Origin: an uncultured Gemmatimonadales bacterium
GTDB lineage: Bacteria; Gemmatimonadota; Gemmatimonadetes; Longimicrobiales; RSA9
NCBI GenBank assembly: GCA_963741945.1
Contig: CAVUKA010000006.1
Coordinates: 192,001 to 256,000, forward strand
Direction: 5' to 3'
DNA length: 64,000 nt
Positions 38,873 through 48,786 of the stretch are shown here, piece by piece. Position numbers and translations under genes: made by a program. The notes below the pieces were generated by a model. The model searched no databases. It was not told the origin of the DNA and saw only the letters and a list, made by a program, of their open reading frames with translations. Within the stretch, counting starts at the first letter, position 1. The number at the start of each line of letters is the position of its first letter.

Positions 38873-39053
38873 GGCCGGCGACGGGGGTCCTGGGGCGAGG
38901 GTTGAGCGTGCAGTCCTTCAATATGGTGCCGGCCGACGCCCGCGTTCAAGGGTTATGTCGATGTCGATGTGGGGAATTGCCCCTCGCACTGGAACCGCGT
39001 GGCGCGCGCGCCTACATTCACGTGGACTCCTACTCTCCGAGGAGAAGAACATC

Positions 39054-39758
39054 ATGAGCCCCATCCGCATTACCACGGCCGCAGCGGTCGTGCTCTCACT
39101 GGTTGCAGCGACGGCCCCCGCCGAGGCGCAGGAGACGGATCATTCCGTGTCCAGCGGCGGCATCATGGTCCCGGGCTGGCAGGGCGCCGTGGACTCGCGG
39201 GCTGCCGCGTCCGGGCAGACGGTGGCGGACTCCCGCTTCGTCGAGACGTCGGGGGGATACCACATCACCACCGGCCCGGCGACGACGTACTGGAATCCGG
39301 CGAACACGGCCGAGGGGGACTACACGGTGACGGCCACGTTCACCGAGCCGAAGTACATGAACCGGAACGACCACCCGCATCCCTACGGTCTGTTCATCGC
39401 CGGAAAGGACATGGGCACTGCCCGGGAGCAGATGCTGTATTGCGAGGCGTACGGGAACGGCACGTTCATCGTGCGCGGCTTCGGTCCGGAGCCGTTCCAG
39501 ATGAACGGCCGCAGCGGTGAAGCGAACCCGGCCGTCCACAAGGCGGCGGGCAAAGGGGAGCCGGTGACGCAGACGATCTCGATGTCGGTGAAGGGGGACC
39601 GCGTGGACTGCGCCATCAACGGGAAGGTGGTGGCCAGCTATCCCAGGTCGGAGGTTACCGGCCCGGGCAAGCTGTCGGCCACGGATGGCGTCTACGGGAT
39701 CCGGTTCGCCCACAACACCGAGGGAACGGTCACCGGTCTCGAGCTGACCCGGCCGTAG
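39054..39758 (+). CDS. Secreted hypothetical protein (probable beta-sandwich)
   Basis: GAGGAG SD, signal peptide ending AEA-Q, HPHPYGLFIAG. Confidence 0.7.
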   Translation: MSPIRITTAAAVVLSLVAATAPAEAQETDHSVSSGGIMVPGWQGAVDSRAAASGQTVADSRFVETSGGYHITTGPATTYWNPANTAEGDYTVTATFTEPKYMNRNDHPHPYGLFIAGKDMGTAREQMLYCEAYGNGTFIVRGFGPEPFQMNGRSGEANPAVHKAAGKGEPVTQTISMSVKGDRVDCAINGKVVASYPRSEVTGPGKLSATDGVYGIRFAHNTEGTVTGLELTRP

Positions 39759-39772
39759 CTCAGCGGCGAGGC

Positions 39773-39799
39773 GGCGCCGTCGCGGCTTGCGACGGCGCC
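39773..39799. terminator. GC-rich hairpin between convergent genes
   Basis: GGCGCCGTCGC-ggctt-GCGACGGCGCC, 11-bp stem. Confidence 0.55.
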
Positions 39800-39849
39800 A
39801 TCCTCGGCGGCGGCGGATCCGTTCGCCGGACCCGCCGCCCGCCCGGGGA

Positions 39850-42804
39850 TCAGTTTCCGCCGCCCGCCGCCTCCCGAGCGCCGGACGCCATTGTCCCTTC
39901 CGCGCTGTCGAGCCCCAGCGTCCTCCCCTTCTCGGTGGCCGGGATGCCGTCCGTCATCCAGACGGGGGCCGGCGCGCCCTGGAGGTAGTGGTCGAAGAAC
40001 TGCTGCATGCGGATGTTCCAGTCCCGGATGTCGGCCGGGGTGACCGGCCAGTGCGGCGCGTCGTTGTAGACGATCATCCACGCTGGCTTCTGCAGGCGTC
40101 GCATCCCGAGGAAGAGCTCGATCCCCTGTGTCCACGGCACTGCGCTGTCATGGTCGTTGTGCATGATGAGCAGCGGGGTCTTGACCTTGTCGAGCTCGAA
40201 GATCGGGCTGTTCTGGATGTAGCGCGACGGCTCTTCCCAGAGAGAGCCGCCGATCCGGCTCTGGGTGCGCTCGTACTGGAACATCCGGCTCGTGCCCGTG
40301 CCCCACCGGACCCCGCCATAGGCGCTGGTCATGTTCGCCACGGGGGCGCCCGCCTCCGCCGCGGCGAAGAAGTCGGTCCTGGTCACCATGTAGGCGATCT
40401 GATAGCCGCCCCAGGAGTGCCCCTGCACGCCGACGCGCTTCGCATCCACCCACGGCTCGGCCGCCAGCTTCAGGACGCCGGGCATGATGGCGTCCATGGC
40501 GCTCTCGCCCGGGTACCCGTCCTCGTACACGATGTCCGGCTCGAAGACGATGTACCCCCGGCTGGCGTAGAACGTGGGCCGGATGACGGACCGGTGCGGC
40601 AGCGGCGGCGAGTAGGCGTTGAGCTCGTCGCTGCTCCGCTCGTAGAACGTCACCATCATCGGGTACTGCCGTGAGGGATCGAAGTTCTCCGGCCTGTACA
40701 CCAGCCCCTGGAGCGGAATGCCGTCCGTGGAAAGCCAGCTCACCAGCTCCACGGTGGCCCAGTTGTACTCCTTCTGCTGCGGGTTCACATCACTGATCCG
40801 GTGCGCGCCCGAGAACGAGCGGTCGGCCACCCACAGGTCCGGGAATTCGGCCACGTCTTCGCGCGTGTAGAGCAGCGCGTCGGCGTCCTCCGCCCGCACG
40901 GGGCGCCCGAACTGCTTCGCTCCCCACACGAGCCGCTCCGGCGCCCGGCCGCCGTCCACGTGGTCGCGGAAGAACCCGGCATCTTTGGTCCGGAGCTGGA
41001 ACCCGGAGAGCAGGAGCGGCGCGTCACTCTCGAGGGCGTCCTGCTCCGGGTCCAGATCCACGTAGCGCAGGCGGATGTCGTTCTCGCGGCCAAACCCCTC
41101 CGTGATGGCCCGGGGGTCCCCGCGCCCGGTCGGCGAGACCGCCCACACGTCGTAGCGGTCGTAGACCAGCAGCGCCCGGTCCCCTGCCGTCCACCCGGCC
41201 ATGCCGTACGGCGATGGCAGCATCGGGTGATCATCGTCCTCGTCCCAGAGTGGGTACGGGATCCCGGCAGTCACCGCCACCGGCGCCCTGCCGTCCACCG
41301 GCATGGCCATCCACTGGCGGGCCCGGTAGTCGTACCAGGCCACGTGCTTCGCCTCCGGCGACAACGTCGTTCGCGCCACCTGCCCGTCCTGCACCACGCG
41401 CCGCCGCTGCCCCGTGGTCACGTCGACGAGCCAGATATCCGCGTGCTCGGGGGCGTCGATCCCCACCAGGTGCCGGTACGGCACGCCCGTTTCCGCCACA
41501 GCCACGTCGGCGTCACCCTTCCGGCCCACATCCACCTCGGGCATGGCCTCATTCGCCAGCTGAACGATCCGGTCGCGCTGGTCGAGGAGCACCACGGCCC
41601 GGTACGCCCGCTTTCGCTCCCGCTCGATCTGGAGCTTCTGCATCGGCTGGATCAGCGGGTCCTGCCAGTTCCAGACGTCCAGCTCGACCTTCTCATCGTC
41701 CAGCAGCGTGTCCTCGGATTCCGGCGCCGGTCTGGGCGACGTCCCGAAGAACAGGCGCCGGCCGTTCTCGGAAAACGACGTCTCCGCGTCCCTGCTCACC
41801 CACCAGCCGTCCGGGATCCCGGCCGATCCCTGCGCCGCCGCCTTCGTGGCCACGTCCCGGCCGTCGCGCCAGTGATAGAGCGCGAACGACGGCTGCTCGG
41901 CATCGACGTCATCGCGATCGGTGACGAACGCCAGCTGCGCACCATCCCCGCTCAGCACCAGCTGCTCGTAGGCGCCGCGCCCGCCCAGCACCGGCCGCGC
42001 CGCGCCCGTGGCCGTGTCCATCACGTACACGCCGTCGCCACTCCCGTCCTCTGTCGAGGCCGTGTACGCCAGCGTTCGGCCGTTATCCGACAACGCGTAC
42101 GCCACAGCGTCGCCGACCCGGTACTCCTGGCCCGTCGCCGCATCCCGCACCACCAGCGTGTACGTATCCGGCCGCTTCCGCTCCTTCGCCTCCGGGGCCG
42201 CCGGCCCCTCCTCCTTCTCCCCCGCGGGGGCCGCCGTGGGCTTTCCCCCCCGAGGCTCCGCGGCCCCTTTCTCCTCTTCGCCAGGCGCAGACTTCTCGGG
42301 CTTGACCAGGTAGGCGACGACGGAGCCGGCCACCTCCGGCAGCTTCCACGACTCGAGTCCCGGCACCCGCACCACTTCGCTGGTGCCGAGGTCGATGATC
42401 CCGAGAGTGTCCGGCGGCAGGTCGGCCTTCTTCGTCTTCTTCAGCTTGAGCGCGCGCACGGAATCGTGCGCGGGCAGGATGGTCACCACCACGAACCGGG
42501 AGTCCGGCGTGAAGGCGGCATTGCCCGCGCGCTCGATCCGGATGGCGTCGCCTGCGTCGGCAGGCGTGACCACCAGCGTGGCATCGCCCACCCGGGGCTC
42601 CGTCCGGTAGAGCACCCACGCGCCGTCGGCCGAGACCCGCTCCCCGCGGATGGTCCGCCACACATCGTAGGCGTCGTGATCCAGCACCTTCTTCTGCGCG
42701 GCCGCGCCGCCAGCGAAAGTCAGGGTCAGCATGAGCGCGAGAGCGCCCGGCAGCCGCGCGAACGTCGTCGCAGCGGAAAGGTATCCCTTCATGGGTCTCG
42801 TCAT
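39850..42804 (-). CDS. S9 (prolyl oligopeptidase family) secreted peptidase
   Basis: Propeller repeats; GHSWGG nucleophile; HNDHDSAVP Asp; NDAPHW His. Confidence 0.9.
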   Translation of the reverse strand: MTRPMKGYLSAATTFARLPGALALMLTLTFAGGAAAQKKVLDHDAYDVWRTIRGERVSADGAWVLYRTEPRVGDATLVVTPADAGDAIRIERAGNAAFTPDSRFVVVTILPAHDSVRALKLKKTKKADLPPDTLGIIDLGTSEVVRVPGLESWKLPEVAGSVVAYLVKPEKSAPGEEEKGAAEPRGGKPTAAPAGEKEEGPAAPEAKERKRPDTYTLVVRDAATGQEYRVGDAVAYALSDNGRTLAYTASTEDGSGDGVYVMDTATGAARPVLGGRGAYEQLVLSGDGAQLAFVTDRDDVDAEQPSFALYHWRDGRDVATKAAAQGSAGIPDGWWVSRDAETSFSENGRRLFFGTSPRPAPESEDTLLDDEKVELDVWNWQDPLIQPMQKLQIERERKRAYRAVVLLDQRDRIVQLANEAMPEVDVGRKGDADVAVAETGVPYRHLVGIDAPEHADIWLVDVTTGQRRRVVQDGQVARTTLSPEAKHVAWYDYRARQWMAMPVDGRAPVAVTAGIPYPLWDEDDDHPMLPSPYGMAGWTAGDRALLVYDRYDVWAVSPTGRGDPRAITEGFGRENDIRLRYVDLDPEQDALESDAPLLLSGFQLRTKDAGFFRDHVDGGRAPERLVWGAKQFGRPVRAEDADALLYTREDVAEFPDLWVADRSFSGAHRISDVNPQQKEYNWATVELVSWLSTDGIPLQGLVYRPENFDPSRQYPMMVTFYERSSDELNAYSPPLPHRSVIRPTFYASRGYIVFEPDIVYEDGYPGESAMDAIMPGVLKLAAEPWVDAKRVGVQGHSWGGYQIAYMVTRTDFFAAAEAGAPVANMTSAYGGVRWGTGTSRMFQYERTQSRIGGSLWEEPSRYIQNSPIFELDKVKTPLLIMHNDHDSAVPWTQGIELFLGMRRLQKPAWMIVYNDAPHWPVTPADIRDWNIRMQQFFDHYLQGAPAPVWMTDGIPATEKGRTLGLDSAEGTMASGAREAAGGGN

Positions 42805-42958
42805 CTCCTCGGGTCCGCAATGGCTCCGGCCCCCGGACGGGTGGCCGGCCAGACAGGGGCTCCCTCAAAGTGGGCCCCGAGCGCGCTGCCGGTCAACCGC
42901 GGGCACGCTGCCGATCAGCCGGGCGGAGGAGGGCGCCGCCCCATGTTCGCGGCAGGTC

Positions 42959-43684
42959 TCAGAAAGGCACGCCCGCAGCTTCGCACAGCCACGCCATCAA
43001 CGGTGAGCCAGCCCGGCAGAGCTCGGCGAACCGCTCCACGAATCCATCCGCCACCACCTCTTCTTCCGTGAGATCGACGGAAGCGACGAAGTCCTTTCGC
43101 TTCAGGTCGTCGATCAACGGGTGGTCACGGTCATAGCCCGCAGGGCCGCGCTTCAGCGAATCGCCACCCAGCTCGAGCGCCGCGCCGGGCTGCGGGGCCG
43201 GGCGGACCGCGATCCAGCGCTCGGGGTCCGCCACCATCGCATCGCGGATCGCAGTCAGCGTGTCGCGATCCGGCCGCCAGACGCCCATCGCCGCCATGCT
43301 CCCCGCCCCGCCGCCGTACTCACCCGGCCCGCCCGAGGGCTCGAGATGAAGGTAGAACCCCGGCGCGTGAACGTCGCCGCCGGCCGTGTGGCGGAACTGG
43401 ATGCCCGCGTGCGTCTTGTACGGCGGCCGGTCCGGGTGGAACCGGCGGTTGTTGTGGATCCGGAAAAGGGACCCGCCCCGGACCCGGGGCTCCGCCTGGA
43501 AGTGCGGGCTGACCCTGCGCAGCTCCGACCGGAACGCCAGCACGAAGATCTTGCTCGGCTCGAGGACGTGCTCCTCGTACCGGTCGCGGTTCGCCTCGAA
43601 CCACTCCTTCCGGTTGTTCTCCCGGAGGTCCCGGAAGAAGCGGAAGAGCTCCGGCGTGAACGGGCTGGGCTGGGGCGCGGTCAC
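42959..43684 (-). CDS. DUF2461 (TIGR02453) family protein
   Basis: NNRKEWFEANR, FRIH...RF...PYKTH, GFYLHLEP. Confidence 0.88.
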   Translation of the reverse strand: MTAPQPSPFTPELFRFFRDLRENNRKEWFEANRDRYEEHVLEPSKIFVLAFRSELRRVSPHFQAEPRVRGGSLFRIHNNRRFHPDRPPYKTHAGIQFRHTAGGDVHAPGFYLHLEPSGGPGEYGGGAGSMAAMGVWRPDRDTLTAIRDAMVADPERWIAVRPAPQPGAALELGGDSLKRGPAGYDRDHPLIDDLKRKDFVASVDLTEEEVVADGFVERFAELCRAGSPLMAWLCEAAGVPF

Positions 43685-43687
43685 GGC

Positions 43688-45862
43688 CTACCACCCCGCC
43701 CTGTTCGCCCGCGCGGACGCGCCCGGATCCCCGCCCCCCGGCGCCTGACGCCCGGCCGCCGACCGGCTCGCGGGCACGCAGTCGAGCGTGAGCACCTCGA
43801 ACGGCTCCAGCCGGAACGCCCGCGGCTGCCCGGCGCGCAGCGCCATGGGCTGCGCGTTGCGGCCATCGCGCCAGGGACTGGCGGCGAGGTAGCTCCCGGC
43901 CCCGTGATCGGGCAGCTCGAACGCGTCGGCCACGTCGAGCTCCAGCGTGCGTGGCGAGTCGCCGGGATTGCGCAGCGTGAGGATGCCGCGGTCCTGTGAC
44001 CATGCGGCCCAGCCGTACGGCTCCAGCGACCCCGGATCGCCGCCGACCCAGTGCGTGTCCACCAGGGTGGCTGCGCGGGCGCGGGACCAGCGGGCGCCCT
44101 CGGCGATGGAATCCCAGTCGTCGTCGCCCAGGAGCGATGGCGTGATGTACATCTCCTGGAGCTGTGTCCCCGAGCCGAAGTAGGAGCGGACCTCGGCCTT
44201 GAAGTCGTGGTCGGGGTCGTCGCTCAGTCCACGGGCGTGCTGCGCGTAGATGAGCCCGTGGAGCATGAGGGCGTTGAGCGGGTAGAGCGGCCCTTGCCGC
44301 ACCACGCCCTCGTACGTCGCCGCATCGCGGTACGTGATCCACTGCTGCCGCTGACTGCCCACACCGGCGAAGTCGTGGTCGCTCCCGCCCCGCCACGTCG
44401 AATCGGCGTAGCGCAGCCAGAACGGCGAGGGGTAGGTCCCGGTGGTGAGATTCACGTAGAGGTCGGGCTCGGCCTCACGGAGTCGGCCGATCAGGTGGAT
44501 GGCGGCGTCGAAGTCGCTGTCGAAGTGGCTCCCGGCGATGGCGTGCCCGGTGTCGCCGGTGCCGTCCAGCTTGAACTGGTTCACGCCGTAGCGCTCGACC
44601 ATCTCCAGGCAGACGTCCTCGAATCGCGGGTAGTACTTCGGGCCGGAGAGGGCGAGACCGCTCTCGTTCGTCTCGAATCCCCGGGCCCGGGCGCTGGCGA
44701 GGCGCTCCTTCCGGGGCTCGCCGTAGCCACCCCACGGTGACAGCCAGACACCGGGCGAGGCGCCATAGATCGCCGCGGCGTCCCGCACGCGGGCGAAGCC
44801 GTCGGGGAAGTCGCGGCTGAAGCGCCAGAGGTGGTCGTGGTCGTCCCAGCCGTCGTCGAAGAGGAAGGAGCTCAACACCACCCGGCGCTCCTCGTGCAAC
44901 GCACGGCCGAAGGCGTGGATGCGGTCCAGCGCCCCTGCCTCGTCGTACGGGCTGAAGTAGCCGAGATCGTACCAGGAGTTGTAGTGCAGGAAGGGGCGGT
45001 AGGGATGGGCCCGCTCCCGCTCGATGTAGTCGAGGAAGCCTCGCCGCAGCTGCCCCGTGGGCACCACGCCCACCACAGAGGACACGGTCGTGGGGGCTCC
45101 GGGCCGGAGCGGCAGCCCGCGCGCGAGGGCGCAGCGGGCGCTGGCATCCGGGCCGCTACCGTCAACGCGGCTTTCGCTGAGCGGGTGCTCGAACGCAAGG
45201 AAGACGTCGCCCGCCACCACCGGCGAGCCGTTCACGGCGCCGTGTACGGCGCCGCCCGGCAGCGGCAGATCCCAGAGCACGATCTCGCGCACGGGCAGCT
45301 CACCCCCCGTCGCCTCCAGCTCGACTGCCTGTCGCACGTAGCCGGCGCCATCCCGGAGCTCCGCGCGCCAGGTGGCGCGCAGCCGACCACCCGGGTCCGC
45401 CAGCTCCACCGTGATGCGCTGACCGCCCAGCCGCTCGGCCAGTCGGGATGCGCCAGGGCGAGGCGCGATCCGCTCCAGCCGCGGCCCGGCCTCGAGGCGC
45501 ATGGAAGACGATGCCAGGGCGGTGCCGCCGGGGAGGCTGAGAACGAAGACGTCCGGCGGCAGCGCCAGCGTGCGCCCGTGGCGGCGATCCTCCAGGCGCA
45601 CGGCCCTCAGCGTGGATTCCTCCAGCGTCCAGGTCACGGCGATGGCGTCCCCCATGAGCGCCAGCTCGCGACCGCGCCGGACCACGCGAGCCGCCCGGCC
45701 ACCGGCCTCCCGGGCTGCGCCAGCGCTGCCCGGCCGCCCGAGCCTCCCGACGGCCCCGGGTACCAGCGGCAGCAGCGCGAGGCTCGCAGCACCCTCCGCC
45801 GCACGGCCGAGAAAGGCGCGGCGCGTGAGCGGATCGGGCCAGATCGCGTGTTCGTTCGACAT
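43688..45862 (-). CDS. Tat-exported TIM-barrel protein, alpha-galactosidase/GH-like
   Basis: ATG 45862; TRRAFL twin-arginine signal; HYNSWYD, FDDGWD, FPDG, GVWLSPWGG, FKLDG. Confidence 0.7.
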   Translation of the reverse strand: MSNEHAIWPDPLTRRAFLGRAAEGAASLALLPLVPGAVGRLGRPGSAGAAREAGGRAARVVRRGRELALMGDAIAVTWTLEESTLRAVRLEDRRHGRTLALPPDVFVLSLPGGTALASSSMRLEAGPRLERIAPRPGASRLAERLGGQRITVELADPGGRLRATWRAELRDGAGYVRQAVELEATGGELPVREIVLWDLPLPGGAVHGAVNGSPVVAGDVFLAFEHPLSESRVDGSGPDASARCALARGLPLRPGAPTTVSSVVGVVPTGQLRRGFLDYIERERAHPYRPFLHYNSWYDLGYFSPYDEAGALDRIHAFGRALHEERRVVLSSFLFDDGWDDHDHLWRFSRDFPDGFARVRDAAAIYGASPGVWLSPWGGYGEPRKERLASARARGFETNESGLALSGPKYYPRFEDVCLEMVERYGVNQFKLDGTGDTGHAIAGSHFDSDFDAAIHLIGRLREAEPDLYVNLTTGTYPSPFWLRYADSTWRGGSDHDFAGVGSQRQQWITYRDAATYEGVVRQGPLYPLNALMLHGLIYAQHARGLSDDPDHDFKAEVRSYFGSGTQLQEMYITPSLLGDDDWDSIAEGARWSRARAATLVDTHWVGGDPGSLEPYGWAAWSQDRGILTLRNPGDSPRTLELDVADAFELPDHGAGSYLAASPWRDGRNAQPMALRAGQPRAFRLEPFEVLTLDCVPASRSAAGRQAPGGGDPGASARANRAGW

Positions 45863-45873
45863 GAGCCTACCAG

Positions 45874-47982
45874 TCAACGTGTGAGCAGGGCGCGCCCCAC
45901 TTCCACCAACACCAGCACGCCCACGCCGGCCGCCGCCGAGCGCTTCGCCGCATCGCCGAACGACCGCCGGCTCGTGTACCCCCCGGCGAAGGTCATCACC
46001 ATGAGGGCCAGCCACGGGATCGGGAAGATGGCGAACGCCGCCGCATTCAACACCAGCATGATCCACCGGATCCCCGGGACCCTGTCCAGGATGCCGGCCT
46101 TCCCGTGCGTGCCGAAGCAGTCCAGCTGCCACTGCGAGAGGCTCGTGCCTTCCTGCTCCGAGCTGCGCGCGCCGCAATCCGGGCAGCGGTGCGTGGCCTG
46201 GCTGCTGTCGGAGCCGCCGTCGTCGGCCTCCGACAGGGGCTCGAGCCGCACACTCCCGCACCGCGGACAGGCTTTCCGGAAGAACGCCTTCCGCACCAGC
46301 CAGGCCCCCGTGAGGAAGAGCGGTATGAGCACGAGGAGCAGGGCGCGCTGGTCGCCCACCGGGAAATCGAAGAACCCGGTCGGTCTCCAGATCCCGGAGA
46401 TGGCCAGCAGATGCGGGTCGCCGCCGCCGAACGTGAGCGCCAGCAGCACGGCCGCCGGGACCACGGGGAAGAGGAGCCGGGGCGTGCGGTTCGAGGAGCT
46501 GGCCCCGACTTTCGCGCTCCCGGCCTGGTACACCGCCGGGTAGCTGCTCTGCAGCCACTCCGCGTCCCCCAGCAGCGCCTCGCCGCAGCGGCGGATGTGC
46601 TGCTTGTGGTCCGCCTCGATGCGGTCTCCCATCGTGGCCGCGAAGTACATGCAGTCAACGACCTTGCGCCGGACCGACTCGTCGAACCGGTTCATGAACT
46701 CGATGGCCAGCGTCTTCCCCAGTTCCGGGTAGCGGGCTGGAATCTCCTGGAACGACTCGTCATCGAGAAGCCGCTCGTGGATGTCGAAGCTGAACAGCTC
46801 CCCCTCCAGCTCTTCCAGCAAGTGCTGATAGTGCTCCTGCGCCCGCGCCTCGTCATCGTGATCCCGCTTATGGGCGAGGATCGGGTGCAGCAGGAGGATC
46901 ACCGAGGCCGTGTACTGCTCGTGGGGCGTGTATCCCTCCAGCCGGTTGATGATCGCTTCCCAGTCCTCGTCGTGGACCTCCGGGAAGTTCTCCCGCTCAA
47001 TGGCGTACCGGTGGTTTACAGCCAGCTCGAAACGACCCTCCACCCGCTCGGGGTCCGTCAGCACCATGGTGCGGTCACCCACCCGGACGAACGGCACCGG
47101 CGCGAGCGTGAAGTAGCCGATGCCGAAGTCCTCCGGGATGTGGAGCCGGAAATCGGTGTCCAGCGCCACTTCGGTCTTGGCGGGGATGTTCTGGTCCTCG
47201 TTCTCCAGGAGGTCCCCCTCGAACACCACAGTGTCCTCCGGCTCGACTACCAGCCCTATCCTGAAGGGAGCGGGCATGGGTATGCCGTGCTCGTTCGCCA
47301 GGACCACGCCGTTGATCGTGAACGAGCTGCCCGCCGTGAAGACGCCGTTCCGGCGCGAGCCATCATCCACGACGTTGATGGTGTGGGGATGCAGTCCGCA
47401 GGACGCGCTCATGTACGGCAGACCGTTGATGTCGGCCAGGTACGTGCTCGAGCCGGGTTGTCCGGTGGACCCGCTGGCGCCCCAGGGGTCGCCCCGGCCA
47501 GCCAACCCGCCCTGCCCCCCCCTCGCCGTCACCCGGATCATCGGCAGCAGGCGCGGATCCTCCGATCGCACCACCACCTCACCGCCGTTGCCGCCGCGGC
47601 CGCCGTTGCCGCCCCGCCCGTCATTCCCCTTCCGCCCGGGCGGGTTCCCCGAGCCGCCCGAGCCGCCTCGCCCGCCGTTGCCGCCGTTGCCGCCCTTGCC
47701 GCCCGAAACGTCGATGGTGACCGGGCCCGTCACCTCGTACCGATGCTCCCCGCTGGTGAGGAAGATGTGGTCGTCCTCCACCACCACGTCGAAGCCTACC
47801 CGCTGGCCATCCGTGGCGTGGGTACCGTCACCGGCGTTCGTGCCGGGCGTGCCGTCCTCACCCTGCTTCTGCTCGTTCTGACCCGTATGCGGATTCCGGA
47901 CCGTACGCCCCGCCGCCCCCGCCCTCCCGTTGCTCCCGTCGATCCCGCTCCGGCCGTCACTTCCTTTGAAATCCAGGTACAT
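45874..47982 (-). CDS. Hypothetical multidomain protein: Gly-rich repeats, beta domain, TerB-like helices, TM helices, Zn ribbon
   Basis: 702-aa ORF; GGNGGNGGRGG repeats; CPRC...CPDC; C-terminal hydrophobic helices. Confidence 0.7.
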   Translation of the reverse strand: MYLDFKGSDGRSGIDGSNGRAGAAGRTVRNPHTGQNEQKQGEDGTPGTNAGDGTHATDGQRVGFDVVVEDDHIFLTSGEHRYEVTGPVTIDVSGGKGGNGGNGGRGGSGGSGNPPGRKGNDGRGGNGGRGGNGGEVVVRSEDPRLLPMIRVTARGGQGGLAGRGDPWGASGSTGQPGSSTYLADINGLPYMSASCGLHPHTINVVDDGSRRNGVFTAGSSFTINGVVLANEHGIPMPAPFRIGLVVEPEDTVVFEGDLLENEDQNIPAKTEVALDTDFRLHIPEDFGIGYFTLAPVPFVRVGDRTMVLTDPERVEGRFELAVNHRYAIERENFPEVHDEDWEAIINRLEGYTPHEQYTASVILLLHPILAHKRDHDDEARAQEHYQHLLEELEGELFSFDIHERLLDDESFQEIPARYPELGKTLAIEFMNRFDESVRRKVVDCMYFAATMGDRIEADHKQHIRRCGEALLGDAEWLQSSYPAVYQAGSAKVGASSSNRTPRLLFPVVPAAVLLALTFGGGDPHLLAISGIWRPTGFFDFPVGDQRALLLVLIPLFLTGAWLVRKAFFRKACPRCGSVRLEPLSEADDGGSDSSQATHRCPDCGARSSEQEGTSLSQWQLDCFGTHGKAGILDRVPGIRWIMLVLNAAAFAIFPIPWLALMVMTFAGGYTSRRSFGDAAKRSAAAGVGVLVLVEVGRALLTR

Positions 47983-48221
47983 TCCGCCCCCTTGAGCACC
48001 TCAAGAGTACAAGGGCCGAGGCTGCAGCCCAGGCGGAGTAGGGGCCGTGGATGGACGCATGTTAGACCCTCGCACACCCCGTGACAACCGTTCCGTGACC
48101 GCAGCCGCGCACAGTGTCATCACGACGGCGGGCCCGTTCCGTTCCATCCCGCGACGTGCCACATTCCCGTAGCGCACGGTGGGCGCCGCCGGCGCCCCGC
48201 GCTCCTCGCTCCGGACCAGCT

Positions 48222-48785
48222 GTGAAGATCGCATTCATCGGCAGCCACGGCGTGGGCAAGACCACGCTCTGTTTCGACGTGGCCGCTCGCCTCAAGCGGC
48301 TCGACCTTGGCGTCGAGCTGGTGAAGGAAGTGGCGCGCGCCTGTCCACTCCCCATCAACCGGAACACGACCGTGGAAGCGCAGGCCTGGATCCTCCACTC
48401 CCAGGTGGCCCAGGAGATCGTGGCGTCGTCCCGGTATGACGTGGTCCTGAGTGACCGCTCGGTGCTGGACAACTACGCCTACATGGTCCACCAGGCGGGG
48501 CCCGCACCTGCGTACGCGCCGCTCGTGCGGGAGTGGATGGGCACGTACGACGGCGTGTTCAAGGTCCCGATCGTGGAGCCCCCTTCGTTCGACGGCACCC
48601 GGGACACGAGCGCGACGTTCCAGCGGGAGGTGGACGCGATCATCGACCAGCTGCTCGAGACGTTCTCCGTCCCCTGTCATCGCCTCGACCCGCGCGACCG
48701 TCCGGCATGGACCGACGCCGTGGTGCGCATCATGGGCCTGCCCACCGCGCCGCCACAGATGGAGATCTTCGCCGCCGGTAGCTGA
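48222..48785 (+). CDS. P-loop ATPase/kinase (NadR/AAA_28-like)
   Basis: GTG start; GSHGVGKTT Walker A; LSDRSVLDNYAY. Confidence 0.8.
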   Translation: MKIAFIGSHGVGKTTLCFDVAARLKRLDLGVELVKEVARACPLPINRNTTVEAQAWILHSQVAQEIVASSRYDVVLSDRSVLDNYAYMVHQAGPAPAYAPLVREWMGTYDGVFKVPIVEPPSFDGTRDTSATFQREVDAIIDQLLETFSVPCHRLDPRDRPAWTDAVVRIMGLPTAPPQMEIFAAGS

Positions 48786-48786
48786 G

